Shown here in pieces: positions 23,691 to 36,080 of a DNA stretch of 64,000 nt; the first letter of the stretch is position 1, and every line of letters begins with the position of its first letter. A program made the translations under genes and the position numbers. The notes under the pieces are model-generated. The model saw nothing but the letters and a program-made list of their open reading frames with translations. It made no database searches and was not told the DNA's origin. Source of the stretch: Camelus dromedarius (lineage: Eukaryota); contig NC_087437.1 in the NCBI RefSeq assembly GCF_036321535.1, positions 120,158,001 to 120,222,000 of the forward strand. The letters are read 5' to 3'.

Positions 23691-26600
23691 TGGCCCTGCA
23701 GCAGGGGGACTCTGGGGGCCTCACACCGTCTTCATCTGGCTACTTTTGAGTCAGATCTTGGGACCCTGGGCTTGGCTCCCTGAGGGGCAGTATCACCCAG
23801 GCTCCCTGAGTTTTGCTCAGTTTCTCAGATTCGTATAAACTTCTGTTCTCTAGCAGCAACTCTCGAACGATTCAGCCCTGGGGGGCCTCCAAGTGCACAG
23901 GGACCCTGTGTGGGTGGTGGGGACATGGCGTGCACGGTGGAGGCCTGGCCTCGTGTACAAGGGGCGCTGCCTCTCAGCTCCACGTGACGGTTGCCATAGG
24001 GAACGTGAGCCCAGTCTCCTGGCATCTTCTGATTTTTTGAAAGAAGCAAGCCGTCAGGATTTATTAGCTCATATTAAAAAATGTCACACAAATCAAACAA
24101 ATCATGCCTGTGAATCAGCTCTCTGGCCACTGATTCGAGACTTCTGCCAGCGCCTTCCTGGCTCTCTGCTTTGCCAAAGTCGGCAACAGTTCATTCACAC
24201 TTTGCTAGTCCATCTGAACACGGTCATAGCATCCCTGCCAGCGATGGGGGTCAGCTCCTTATATGTTAGGTATCCTTGGATGCAAGTTAGCTCAAGCGAT
24301 GGGGGCTTATTTTAAAGATAACAGAGGGGTAAAGGTGGCAGAGCGTCTTCTGGGAACCCACGGTAGGAGCAGAGCTCCCGGGCAGCTCGTGGGACCTCGG
24401 CAGTGGGGCTCCGGCATCAGTGAGACTGACGCCCTCTCCACGGGTGGGCACCACCCCACGCCCCGCCTCGCCCTGACGCAATTTCTCATTTTCCCGTCTC
24501 AGAGCTTCACTTGCCACTTCAGCAAGGAATAGCCTTTCATGTCCCTGCCCCTGCAGAGTCCCAGAGTTAACGCAGGGCTCTTCTCTTTAAGTATCTTTTG
24601 AGTTTCAACTCTCACTACTACATGTCTTGTTTGTTTGATGTTTATTAGTTCTTATTTTTTAAGTTGAAGATTTTTCTCCCTGTTGGGTTTCCACCCAACA
24701 GGCCACTGGCAAGCAGGTAGACCAGTCACGCTGGTCAGGTGTCCCCTCTGGCCCAGGCAACTGGCGTAGAAGGGCCGGGGTCCAGGGTGCTGACGCGGCT
24801 CCCAGCTGGCTGGGCTTGGGGCTGGGCACCCTTCAGCAGGAGGGCGTGGCTGTAGGCAAGTGCCTAACCCAGTCATCTTGACCACAAATCCAACTTGCCG
24901 GAAAGCTGGTTTCACATGGATCCACTGACTTGGAAGAAAGCTCTTTAAGTCTAGAAACAGACAGCACAGTCATGGGTGTCTGGTGACAGCAGACCGGGGT
25001 CCCTTTACTCAGAAAAAAGGTTCATCCAGGAGTTCCATCAGCTGAAAGTCCCAGTTCATCTCACCTGGCACCGAGTCCTGTGTTTGTAAATTCTGCATCT
25101 GACTTTTGTATTTTTGAAAGTGAGAGTAAGCCAATTCTTGTGAAAGGCCGGGGCCACGGATTGGCAGAATTAGAAGGAACTCTGCCCTAATCCCTCATGC
25201 GTCCTCTTCCGGACGTGCGTTGGCCTCGGGTCCCCGGTGGCCACACGCCGACATGGTCCCTCTTCCCCGCCTCAGGGACTCATGCTCCGACCAGGGGCCA
25301 CCCCTCCCACAAGCAGGCCGCGCTGACCTCTCCAGGAGGTAAGTGTCTTCCACCCCACTTTGTGTCATGTTAGCCTTCACTGTTAGCCGAGGGAGGGGGT
25401 GGCCGGGGAGAAGCTGGTCGAGCCTCCCGCGGGTCTGCGGCAGGAACAGCAGACCCCCTCCTGGGACTTCAGGACAAGGACAGGACTGCTGGGAGCGTCA
25501 GGCACCGCGTGGCAGCGCCTGCCCAGCCCCCTGCCTTGTGCAGGGTGGGCTTGGCCGTTGAGATCAAGCAGAACCACTGGCTTAGAAGGGTTAGAAAAAG
25601 TTCAGGTGAACCAAGGGGACGAAAAATACCTGGTTGCTTTCGAAAGTTTCTCTCTTCCCGCTCCTTGTGTGGGTTAGCGGGGATCTTGCCGGTTGCCCGG
25701 CTGTCCCTGTGTCCCTCTGTGCCTGTTATGTCATCTTTAAGCAGGGAGGGAGCTACCTGCTGCGCGAGCTGCTGGGGTGACAGAACTAAACCCCACAGTG
25801 AGGCTCCCGGCAGGTTGGGCCCATGATGCTGACCATCTTCACTGCCCGTTTCTGCAGGAGCTGCCGTCACCCCCTTCTCCTGGATGGTGGGGCCGGCCGG
25901 CAAGGCCCCGTCCACCCAGAACCCTCTTTGCTGCTCCTCCAGCCACCCGTCCCCCTCCTGCTGACCAGAGTGATTCCCTGGTCCCCTTAGATGAGAAAGA
26001 CACCGCCCTGGACGTCTAGGATGGGGGCTCCAGGCTACGTGGTTGACTTTGGAAGATTCTGGAACTTTGTCCCTGTTACTTGTCATCATCTCGTCATTTC
26101 CCTGCAGACGTGGCCAGTGAATCTGTTCAGGAGAGACAGGACCATGGGCCTACTTTGGGGGGCGCTGTGGGGGGTGCTGGAGAGTCTGAACTGTTGGGGT
26201 CACTCTCCAGGGGACACGCTGAGATGTCCTGCAGCATGGGTGCCCGCACGTCTTCTCTGAGCTGAGCTGAGCTCCTGGGGAGCCCGGGCTGCAGTCCTGG
26301 CCTCCTGCCTGCAGCGGGGGCTCTCAGACTTGCTTCTCTATTGCTTTCAGGGCTCAGCACCCCACTCCGGCCCACGAGACCATGTCTGGGGCCACCCCTT
26401 CCAGGGCCTGCTCGTGTTAACAGGGCCCCGCTCTCCAAACTGCTCAGTTTCAGAGTCCTGCGGCCCCTCGGTTGCATCCAAGGCCGCCCTGGGCTCCTGA
26501 AGTCACAGCCACCCACCTAGGACGTCCCCGAGTCTCGTCACCCACGCGGAAGAGGCACTGGGCTCCCCTGTCCCCGGGGCTGTGCCCACAGGGGGCGCGA

Positions 26601-27099
26601 ACGCAGAGGCTCCCAGGGCCACCCCAACGGCAGGGCCTGGACGTTTTCTCTCTCTTTCCTCTTTCTCTGCATTATCTTTATTATGAATGATTTCTAAAAA
26701 ATAATTACTCAAGGAGTGTAATTACAGTAACTTTAGTTTTTATAATGACTTTCTTACCTTGGGAAAAACACTCTAAGAGTCACTGAAAAAAAAGAGGAGT
26801 CTCTTAAAAAGCACGCTGCTCTATCCAGCCCAGGGCGGCCGCAGCGTGCCAGTCGGGGCAGCACATGGACGCGCGCGAGCGCCACCTCTGTTCCTTCTCC
26901 TGAGCTCCAGTCTTAAACGTCCAGCCACCTTCAGGTGAGGAGCACCTGATACGAAGAACCCACAGATGATGAGCTAGAAATGCTGGGTGTCTCACTAGCA
27001 GCACAAACGCGTCCTGTTCCAAACAAAGCGCTGCGTTCCCAATGCCGCTCTCTATTGTTTCTCACCGGAACCGGCATCTTTCCAGGTCCACGCTGCCTC

Positions 27100-27340
27100 T
27101 GCTCGTCTGTGTCTTGACCCTGCCCTCAGTGCCATCTGCCAGGTCCCCCCAGTCTGCATTCACTCTGCGATATTGTAACTGTGCGCTTGTGTCAGCTGCC
27201 CAGAGCAGAACCCACTCCAGCAGAGGCAGTCACGGTGGCAGAATTAAGCCCCTTCTTTTGTCGTCCCGTTTCTGTACGTGTGACCCAAAGCCTACCACAC
27301 GGAGGGCGCTTACTGAATGTTTGCCTTGGGCTGATTTGAT
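27100..27340 (+). mobile_element. L2 3' fragment
   Basis: TATTGTAACTG.., GCCTACCACACGGAGGGCGCTTACTGAATGTTTG. Confidence 0.5.
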
Positions 27341-27774
27341 TTAATATCCACCTCTTTCCAGCAGTTTTTAGTGGTCATAAACATTTGCTGAATACAGTAA
27401 TATTCTGCACATTAAATAAAAAAATCGGTGGCACTCGGCACCCCTGCGCCCTGAGAGGCCCACAGGAAACCACGGGGCTGGAGTCTCAGGAAAAGCCCGC
27501 AGGTGTCCAGCCCCCACCAACGAGCTTCTGGGGTCAGTCAGAACGGCAAGTTCCCTCGTGTCTGCAGGAGCTTGCTCATCTTTGTGATGTGACCTGTCTC
27601 ACAGAGACAGGCACCGACTGACGGTCAGTGTCCCATCATTAATCAAGAGGAAACGGAGGTAACTGCCTCTTGGTAGACACAGCCTGCCGGGGTGGAAGTG
27701 AGCGGAAGGGAGCAGCTGCCGCCTGGCTGCACCCCAGGCCCCAGGGGTGCAGGAAACAGCTTTCCTTGGGCAGA

Positions 27775-28165
27775 AACGGTGAGACGCCCAGTGGACCCAG
27801 GGTCCATCTCCCTTTCTGGATACACAGCCACCCAGACAACAACTGCACCTCCCAGCCTGTCTTGAAGCCAGGTGAGCCATGTGGAGTGAGGAATGTGCCA
27901 GTAAATGTACAGACTGCGCCTCCCCTCCCCTGTGCCCTTTCCAGCTGCCTGGAGACCAGATGAGAAGAAAGGAGCTGGAGCAGCCTCCTTGGGCTGCGAG
28001 GCAAATCCTCTGTTTTGAGGATGATAGAGCAGTGACATGGAAGGAGTCTGGGTCCCATGTGCACCGGAGCAAACACCAGGATGTGTGTCTGGAGGGGAAA
28101 TCTCTGTCTTGCTTCTGCTGCTGTGTTTGGGGCTCTGTTACCACAGCACAAGCTGGATCTTCACT
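27775..28165 (+). mobile_element. MLT1J-like LTR
   Basis: CACCTCCCAGCC, GGAGCTGGAGCAGCC, TGAGGATGATAGAGCA..ATGGAAGGAGTCTGGGTCCC, TTTGGGGCTCTGTTAC. Confidence 0.75.
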
Positions 28166-30599
28166 CCCACAGCACCTGACTGCTCCTTGTCTGAGCCCCC
28201 TCTTGCCATGTGATGGCTGACCCCCACCTGGAAGCAAATGTCACTTTGAATACCCTCACTTATGACTTTATTTTCAAAAATTTTAAGACCCTCTGGTGGG
28301 AATAGCATTTGGTTTTCCTAATGCTCCTGTCAGAAACATTCCCTTATTTTCACTCCCCTCTCTCCTCCTTCATCTGCTCTCTTCGTCCCTTGGCTTCTCT
28401 TTCTGAGATCTGGGGGCTGATAGGAGGGTCAGCTGATCCCCAGCTTGAGGCTACGGGCTGTTCCCGCCTCCTTCTGCTTTCTTTTCCCCAACCCCTCCCT
28501 CCTCTCCCCCAACATCGAGGCCTCACCAAAGGGAAGCAAGAAAGGTGTGGGGTGTACCAGAACGTCGCTGGTCCAGGACTCCTGGCCGGTCCAGGCAGCA
28601 GCGGAAACTCGGGCGGGCGGGCCTTGGGGCCAGATATGCTCCGTTTATTGAGAAAACTAGGGTGGGGCTGGAATTCAGAGAATGAACCAGGAATTCCAAG
28701 GGTCATTGGCTTTCTTTTATTTAGTGTACGTTTTTGTTTTTTTAACATTATAGGTCTTAGGTCTGCTTTGTTTTCTTTTGCATATTGGCATTTCAGTCCA
28801 CCCTCATGTTCATAAAATCCACTTTTAGGTTCAGTGAGCATTCCTGACTGTGAACCCGTCTCCCACCTCTGTTCCCAACGAAACGGGGCCATGCTGCTTG
28901 TCACCGTCGTTCCCCGATGAATGGTCCTTGCACCTTGTTCCCGGCACAGGTGAGGGCAGCAGCATGAAGGAAAGGTGCTCACCACCCCCACCCCTCCCAC
29001 GGGCTGCATCCTCCGTCCCTCGTGGTCCTGGACGACTCTTGCCCTCAGCACATTCTCTCCCCGTTTCATGGACCGGACATCAGAGGAGTGATTTCAGTGA
29101 GCCCAGAACTTGGCAGCTTCCTGTAAACAGAAAAGTGCTAAATTCATTGCTTCTGAAGCTCTGGGATGCCAGCAGACGTCTCTCGTCTTTGCGTGTCGGG
29201 TCTTGTCAGTGTCCTGCTTGGCCTTTACCCTGACCTGCTCCCCACTCGGCCAGGCACGCTCTCGGAGGCCATGCTGGGAGCGTCTTCACGCCTCCCGCAG
29301 TGACCTGGCTCTTTCTGGAAACCCCAGCACGGGGGCGCTCAGACCAGCCTGCCCCTGAGCACCTGGGGCTTTAGCAAACGCTGTTACCTTGGCCCCACCC
29401 CCAGGAGTTCCGATTGACTTGCCTGGGGCGCAGCCTGGGCACTGGGGTTTTGAACGCTCCCCTGCAGACCCTGACTTGCTGGTCCAAGCCAGGCTGGTCC
29501 CATTCTGAGTGGGGACTGGTGTGTCTATGTGGGTGGCCCTCCAGCTCAGAGCGGAGGTGTCCGCCTGTCCTGGCCCGTGTTTAGCACAGTGTCTGCAACT
29601 TGGCGGACAGCGAGCGTCCGTGGGGAGAGACTGAACAAGGCTTTCAGCCGACGCCAGCACCTGCCTTTTAAGTTTTGGGCTTTGTGGACTGTGGCTGAGC
29701 CGCCTCGACAACTCACAGGCGTCAAAGGCTCGCCCGCCTCCTCGTCTTTGCCCTGTGGAAGGGCTGGCACTGCTCAGAGGGGCCCACTTACCAGCCTTCC
29801 TCATGTGCATGCTTGTAGGACAGAGGAGGATAAACAATGACGGAGGTCCTGGTCACATCAAACGGGGCAGGAACAAGCCGCAGCCCAGCCACCAGCGGTC
29901 CCTTCGCTGTGCTGCAGAGCGCGGTGGGCCTGCCTAGAAGTGCAGGCTCACCCTGGGAACTGCCTGCTGCCACACGTGGGCATCCGGTTAGACCGTGGAC
30001 CTTGGCATCACCCCCTGTGCCTTGAGGCCTCCGGGGCTGGAGTGGCCACCCCGCCCCAGCAGAAAAGCCAGCAGCAAGCGCACCTCCTGTCCTCAGAAGA
30101 GGCAGCGGCCCCAAGCAGCCTCAGGGCACTGGGGGGAACCTGCTGGATCAGTTCCTGCTCTTTGGAACCAGCCCCATTCCTTGCTCCCTCCAGCCACCTG
30201 CCTTCCCTTTGGAAGCATAAGAGGGACACCTGTGATTGCCCTGGGGCTGTCCTCAAATACCGCTCTCCGCAGGGACGCCGCTGTCTCAGGAAAGGACAAA
30301 AGCTAGGAGAAGAGGACGTTTCCTACGTCCCCCTTTTGTGAATTAAAAATGTTTATTTTCTCACATTTGAGTGGGTAACCCACTCACAGAGTCCGCAGTC
30401 CACAAGGCACGCCACCCTGTGCAAAGGCCTGCTGTGAAACTCCAGTGATGACGACGGCGCGGCGCTGGCAGAGGACTGCCCCGCAGATGGAGGGGACAGC
30501 GCGACAGGTGTGCCCAGCTGAGGCTGAGGAGGGTGCAGGGGACGGAGGAAGGTCAGCCTTGTCAACACATGGCAAGGGGAGGGACCCCACCTGTCTAAC

Positions 30600-32230
30600 A
30601 ACTGAATGCAAAGAAAATCAGCTCCAGGTAGGTCCCAGATTGAATGGAAAACGTAAAAACGACAGCACTTTGAGGAAAAATAGAAAATCAGTCAAAGGTG
30701 AAGCGAAGGGTTCTCACTCGTGACACCAAAAGCACAGTCCATAAAAGGGAAAACCGATAACCCTGATAACAGAATTGTTCGCCTCCTGAGGCCTGGGGAG
30801 GCCTTCTGGCTTGTGCGCGAGCTCGCTCGAACTTGATGCTGACAGAAACAGTGCCTGCGGCCCGTCCAACACGCACTGTCCATCAGCTTCAGTTATTACA
30901 GACAAGGGGTACTGACCAGAAGTAAAGAATTTCATGCTACAAATAGAGATGAAATGCCCTTCTCCCCGGGGTTGGGGGGCCCAGTGCTGGTCCTCCTTTG
31001 ATGACAAGACCCCTCCCAGGTGCCGAGGCTGCGCTGACTCGCTGTGTCTGTGCTGGGCTGTTCTTTTTTATTTTTGAAACCTTGAGGAAATGGATCGCTG
31101 GCTTGTTTAATGCTCTCTGTCCTGGCAACATACGCAGCTGTGCTGGGAGCCCTGCTTCTCCGGAGCAGTTTCTCGGAGGAGTCTGGGAAGCGGGATTCCA
31201 GGCTGGTCCTCAGTTTGGCTAAAATAAAACTCTTCTATTCCTGTCATGGACTGTTCATTGATTATTTTCATCGACAAAACTAACTTCATCAAAATTAAGA
31301 ACTTTTATCTGTGAATGCTCACAGGAAGAGGATAAAAGGACCAGCTACAGCCTGGGAGAAAGCGTGTGCAGACCACACACCCTACAAAGGACTCGCACAC
31401 AGAGAACCCAGACTCAGCAGTGGGAACCCGGACGATTCAGCCAGAACACTGTCCGAAGACGCGAGTGGGCCTCTCCCCCAAGAGGACATACAGATGGCAA
31501 ACAGCGCATGAAAGGCAGGTCCCCATCCTCCACGTCCAGGGGATGAAGGACCCCAGTGAGGCCCTGCAGACCATCAGAGCAGCTGGACCACAGCGCCGGC
31601 CGCACCAGTGCTGGTGGGTGTGGAGGTGCTGGGCTGCCCCCCTCCCAGGGATGGAAAACGGTGCAACCGCGCTGGGAAGGAGTCTGGGTGTTTCTTTTGT
31701 GTTTTGTTTTTTTTTTTGTTTTTTACAAAACTGAATGTCTGCTTTTATCCCAGAGAAAAAGACTCGTGCTCACACGAAAGCACGTGCCCAGGTGTTCCCA
31801 GCAGTTTTCTCCCTCATCACCAAACCCAGAAACAGCCCAGACGTCCTTCAACAGCTGGATGGCTAAACCAGCTGCAGTGCAGCCACACCATGGAACTCGC
31901 TCAGCGGTGCTGGGAGCAGACACGACAAACCCTGCGTGGGTCTGCGGAGAGCTGTGCTGAGTGGACAAGGCCCGTCTCACAGCCACAGCCTGTCTGGTTG
32001 CACTTCTACCGTATCCCCGAAAGGAGAAAATTGTGAGGTGGAGGACAGGTTGGCGGTGGCCAGGAGCGTGGAGGGGTGCTGGGGCCGCATGAGGGGCCGT
32101 CCTGGAGCTAGGCCCAGAGGAGGCGCACACTGGAGTGCACGAGGCACCAGGGGCTGAAGGCTTTACTGGAAATGCATCAACGTCCGTTTCTCGCCTTCAC
32201 CCGGAAGCCTCATGTTTGCACTCAGAACAC
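30600..32230 (+). mobile_element. Old L1 (L1MC-like) ORF2 end/3' UTR, interrupted by an ERV1 LTR
   Basis: TGACACCAAAAGCACAGTCCATAAAAG..GATAA | AACTTCATCAAAATTAAGAACTTT, GACATACAGATGGCAAACA, GTCCTTCAACAGCTGGATGGCTAAAC. Confidence 0.85.
30764..31276 (+). mobile_element. ERV1-type solo LTR (family A, copy 1)
   Basis: TG...CA termini (TGATAAC...TCGACA), AATAAA at 31223; clearly homologous to 59091-59580; splits colinear L1 sequence. Confidence 0.88.
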
Positions 32231-33329
32231 ACGAGAAGGGCAGACCCTGGGAATGTGCCGTCAGGTCTCGCCGGCGGGGGCAGCCCTTCCTGACCCCGGC
32301 GCGGTGGCCCGTGGCCCTGGGCATGGAGGCCCTGGCCTGGGAGGGACGGCCGGCCAGGGGAGGATAAGGTCCCCGGAGGCAGAGGTGTGGGCTTGGGGAA
32401 GGGACCGCCGTGCCGGCCCTTCCTGCCTGAGCCCAGGGAGACTCCGTTTACGGCTTCAGCTAGGGCCTCGTTTCCTGGCCGGACAGGAGTCACTCTGCCC
32501 CAGACAGAAACACCATTCACGGGGAGGTGCCCACCAGCAGTGAACGACAGAAAGCACTTACATGTCCATGTCTACATAGACTTACGTTTAACGTGTTTAC
32601 GGGGGTGGAGGGGACCCTCTACTTAAGCTCCTTATGAAGTCGAGGGCCTTCTGTCCACGGGGCTCTCAGGGGCCGCGCAGGAGAACGCAGTCCAGCTGGC
32701 GGTTAGCGGCGTGAATTAGCGGGGGGCTGCCAGGCGGCCCTTTCCTGGTGGAAGGAGGTCAGTTTTCACATCCAGTTGCCCCGTCACAGCCTCACTGTCT
32801 GCACTGATAATTGCTTTTTGCTCTCTGGGGTGTCTGCCTCCCTATCCGGTCACCCTCCCTGTACCACCCATCTGTGCTCCCTCCGGGGGTGCAGGACAGG
32901 GAGGTGGAGGGTGAGCGGGCAGATAGGTGGGGTGGGAGCCGGTGGGATGTGTTTGTGGGCTCCAGCCTCCCACCCACCCCTCTCACGTGACTTTTGCGCT
33001 CCCAACCCCCACCCCTCATGTCTCGTGCCCCTTCCCCAACCTGGCTTACTGACAACGCATCCAGGAGCTTTCTGATCTTCACAACCACTGGATCCTCTCA
33101 CCCCTCCCTCTGTGGAGGTTTGTTTTAATGCATCGTGCCAGGCGCTGGGGGGCAGGTGTGGACCAGCCGCCGGAAGCACTCACACCCACCCTGCCTGCCC
33201 GGGTGATGGAGGCGAGGAGCTGAAATGCTGCTTCAGAGCAGCAGGCCAGCAAAGGCCCCTGCTCTCCCTGGGCTTACCCACAAGGGCCAGCAAATGTGTG
33301 AAACCAGGAATGCTGGAGGGTGGCACATG

Positions 33330-33640
33330 CCCGAAATGAGGCAAAGCACAGTGCAGATGGTGTGCAGAGGTTGGGGTGACCGTTTAACACAGGATGCGGG
33401 GAAAGCCTCCTTGAAAGTATCATGTTTGGACACAGGCCTGAGGGTCGTAAGGAGGCAGCCACCTGGAGAAAGAGCCATTCATGCCATGGGAATGGCACGT
33501 GCAAAGGCCCTGGGGCAGTGGTAAGCTTGTGTGTTCCAGGAGGCAGGCCAGTGAGGCTGGAGAGGAGAGGTGGCCATAGGAGATTCTGATAGTGATTGCT
33601 TCGTGGACCCTGAAGATCTGAGACTTCTGCACCCCTCACC
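33330..33640 (-). mobile_element. L2 internal 3' fragment
   Basis: GGAAAGCCTCC, GTGCAAAGGCCCTGGGGCAG, GTGTGTTCCAGGAGGCAGGCCAGTGAGGCTGGAG. Confidence 0.8.
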
Positions 33641-34375
33641 CCTCTCCAAGCCTGTCTGCCTGCTCCTGTTCCCACCTGATCCAGCCACCCTGGGCTCCGG
33701 TCCCTGAGTGAGGTGGGGTGCATGATGGAGCCAAGACCCAGGGGCCACCCCCTTCTCCCTGGTGGGTGGGAACCAACACCTTGAGCCACAGCTGTGGGCG
33801 AACCCTGGAGGTGTGCTTGCAGGTGTGACCTCAGTCAGCTCTCTCGGTGACTTGGCCCTACTGGGGATGGTGTCCGCTCCACAGAGATGAGGCTTTGAGA
33901 AGACTCTGTGGCCAGGTCCGGCACTCTGAGGTCGATCACTCCCTCCCACCTATCCTGGGGTTTTCCAGGGAGGACGATGCAGGGGCCACCTGGGAAGGGG
34001 CCGGATCATCACCATCCTTCCAGACGGGGGCCCATCAGAGCTCGGGAGAGGCAGGAAGCTCACGGCCCACCCAAAGTGAAGACCTGAGTTCCAGTCCCAA
34101 GGGCCACCTGGGGAGGGGCGGATGGAGCAGGTGAGCACCTACAGGGGGCTTGGAGGAGCAGCGCTGAGCCGCGGGGGCCCAGTGGGAGGGTCAGCCCGGG
34201 GCTGGCTTCTCACCTGGATACTGGGCTGAGCAAGGGTGAGAAACTGCGGAGACTTCCTCAATTAGCGATTTTTCTCAAAGCAAAGAGTTCTCACTTTATT
34301 CAGGTTACTTACTTTTTGTCTTTTTACTACGCCTGTGCAGCATGTGATCTCTTTTGTCATTTGCTCTAGAAAACC

Positions 34376-34460
34376 CTTTTATCTGGAAAAAAATTTTAGA
34401 TTCACAAAAGAGTTGCCAATTCCTGTATACCCTTCCTCCAGCTCCTCTAATATTAGATTA
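34376..34460 (-). mobile_element. Short L1MB/MC 3' terminus
   Basis: AAAATTTTAGATTCACAAAAGAGTTGC..TCCTGTATACCCTTC..CCAGCT. Confidence 0.65.
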
Positions 34461-34599
34461 TGATTATTTTTTGGCTACAAAAGTAATCTATGCTGCTTGG
34501 AGAAAGCATGAAAAATATAGAAAACAAAATAGTGTTTTTTTTAAAGTTAACATCAGCACTAACAAATAAATCCTGTCACCATTCAGAATCTTCCTTTTT

Positions 34600-35190
34600 A
34601 GTCTTTTTTCTCTTTTTTTTTTTGAATATTTTTCCTTTGAAATAATTATAGATTTGCAGGAAGTTGCAAGAGGAGGAGAGAGAGTGGTCAGGGACCCTCC
34701 CCTCAGGCTCCCCCCGAATGGTTACATCTTCCGTCAGGGAAATATCAAAACCAGGAGAGTGGCGTCGGTGCAAGAGCCCGCCCTGCCGCGTCACCACGTG
34801 TGGGCCTGGAGCCGCCGCCGCCGCCGCCGTCCCGGCGCAGAGGGGCTCCGACACCTCAGGGCCCTCGCTGGGCTCGCCCTGTACAGTCACGCCCTCGGGG
34901 CCCTTCCTACCCCCGCCGCCCCTCACCTCTCTCCCCACATGGTCCGTCGTTTCCAGAGCGGCCTGTAAGTGGCGCCACGCAGGGGGCCGTGCGGGTTGTT
35001 TCTCTTTGTTGCTGCAGGGACTCCAGGCGCCGCCCGCTGACTCACTCGCTCGCCTGCTGAAGGGTCTCTGGGGCGTTCCCTGTCCGGGGGGGGGGGGGGG
35101 GGGGCGACAAAGCCGTCGCGAAGGTCCGTGCACTTGTTTCGCGGCGGACGCAGGTTTTCATTTCCCTGGGATGGATGCCACACGTGGTTT
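34600..35190 (-). mobile_element. L1MC-type 3' end, mostly rewritten into CpG-rich sequence
   Basis: TTTGAAATAATTATAGATTTGCAGGAAGTTGCAA, AATGGTTACATCTT, AATATCAAAACCAGGA, CCTGCTGAAGG and GTTTTCATTTCCCTGGGAT in L1MC order. Confidence 0.8.
34745..35170. promoter_or_regulatory. CpG-island-like segment with a (GCC)n run and G19
   Basis: Dense CpGs, GCCGCCGCCGCCGCCGCC at ~34811, G19 at 35086-35104, flanked by AT-rich DNA. Confidence 0.6.
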
Positions 35191-35279
35191 TTGTGGTTTT
35201 TTTTTTTAATTTGCGCAAATTTGTGAAATTTCCAGCTTTCCTCGCATTATTATTACTATTTTTAGGTTGAGGTATTATC

Positions 35280-35545
35280 TTTTTTTATTGAACTATAGTC
35301 GGGTTGCAGTGTGTCCATTTCCCGTGGATAGCATCATGTCTCACTCAAACACATGCATACGCATATTGCTTTTCACATTCTTTTCCACCAGAATTTACTA
35401 CAAGATATTGAATGTAGTGTCACACAGTACACGCATGTGTATCTATTTTATATATTGTAGTCAGTATCTGCAGATCTCGGACTCCCAGTTTGTCCCTCCC
35501 CCTCCCCCCCCACCCCCGTCACCGTCAGCTTGTTTTCTATGTCTG
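35280..35545 (-). mobile_element. L1 3' end (camelid type)
   Basis: TTTTTTTATTGAACTATAGTC, TACAAGATATTGAATGTAGT, CAGTATCTGCAGATCTCGGACTCCCA. Confidence 0.85.
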
Positions 35546-35799
35546 CCGAAACCTCCTCCGTCACGGCTGCGTCATCTTGCGGCACCACTGCCGGCCGGGA
35601 GGGCCCCTGCTTCAGTGCTTGGGCGCCACCGCCACCTGACTTGGGACCGAGTTGTGCAGACAGCTTGACGACCGCTTTGCACCCCTTGACGTGGCCGTGT
35701 CTGCGTTTTCTCACGTGTTATATTTTCCTACAATTCCTTTAAGTTGCTGAAGAATATTCCAGCAGGTAGATCAACCGTTGGCTTCAGTGACCAGTCATG

Positions 35800-36080
35800 C
35801 AGCTGCTCATTACTTAAGCGTGGATTCCTTTGACAGCTGCCCCTGCGTGTCAGCTGCATGACGTGTGACAGGCCCAGTGCTTGGGGCTGTGACACAAAGT
35901 CAACCCACAGAAGGACATGTTGATCACAAGCAGACGAGTGCGGTGAGCAAGCTACGTGAGGCTCTGCGGCTGCACCCTGCGTCTGCGGCAGAACTTGGGT
36001 TTAGATTCAGGGAAGGTGCCTGCCAGCGTGCTGTCTGGGCTGAGGTCCAGAGGAAACGGGAAAGTTCAGAAGCCAGGGCA
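35800..36080 (-). mobile_element. L2 fragment
   Basis: GTGACAGGCCCAGTGCTTGGGGCTG, TCAGGGAAGGTGCC, TGGGCTGAGGTCCAGAGGA. Confidence 0.45.

Noticed and set aside
26258..26275. (GAGCT)3, together with (GGGGGCT)n at 52326, as immunoglobulin switch repeats
   Set aside because: Far too short and isolated, and no Ig constant exons are visible.
34745..35170. Canonical gene promoter/first exon with poly-Ala
   Set aside because: The sequence is colinear with an L1 3' end and there is no convincing start/donor structure; reported instead as a derived CpG island.
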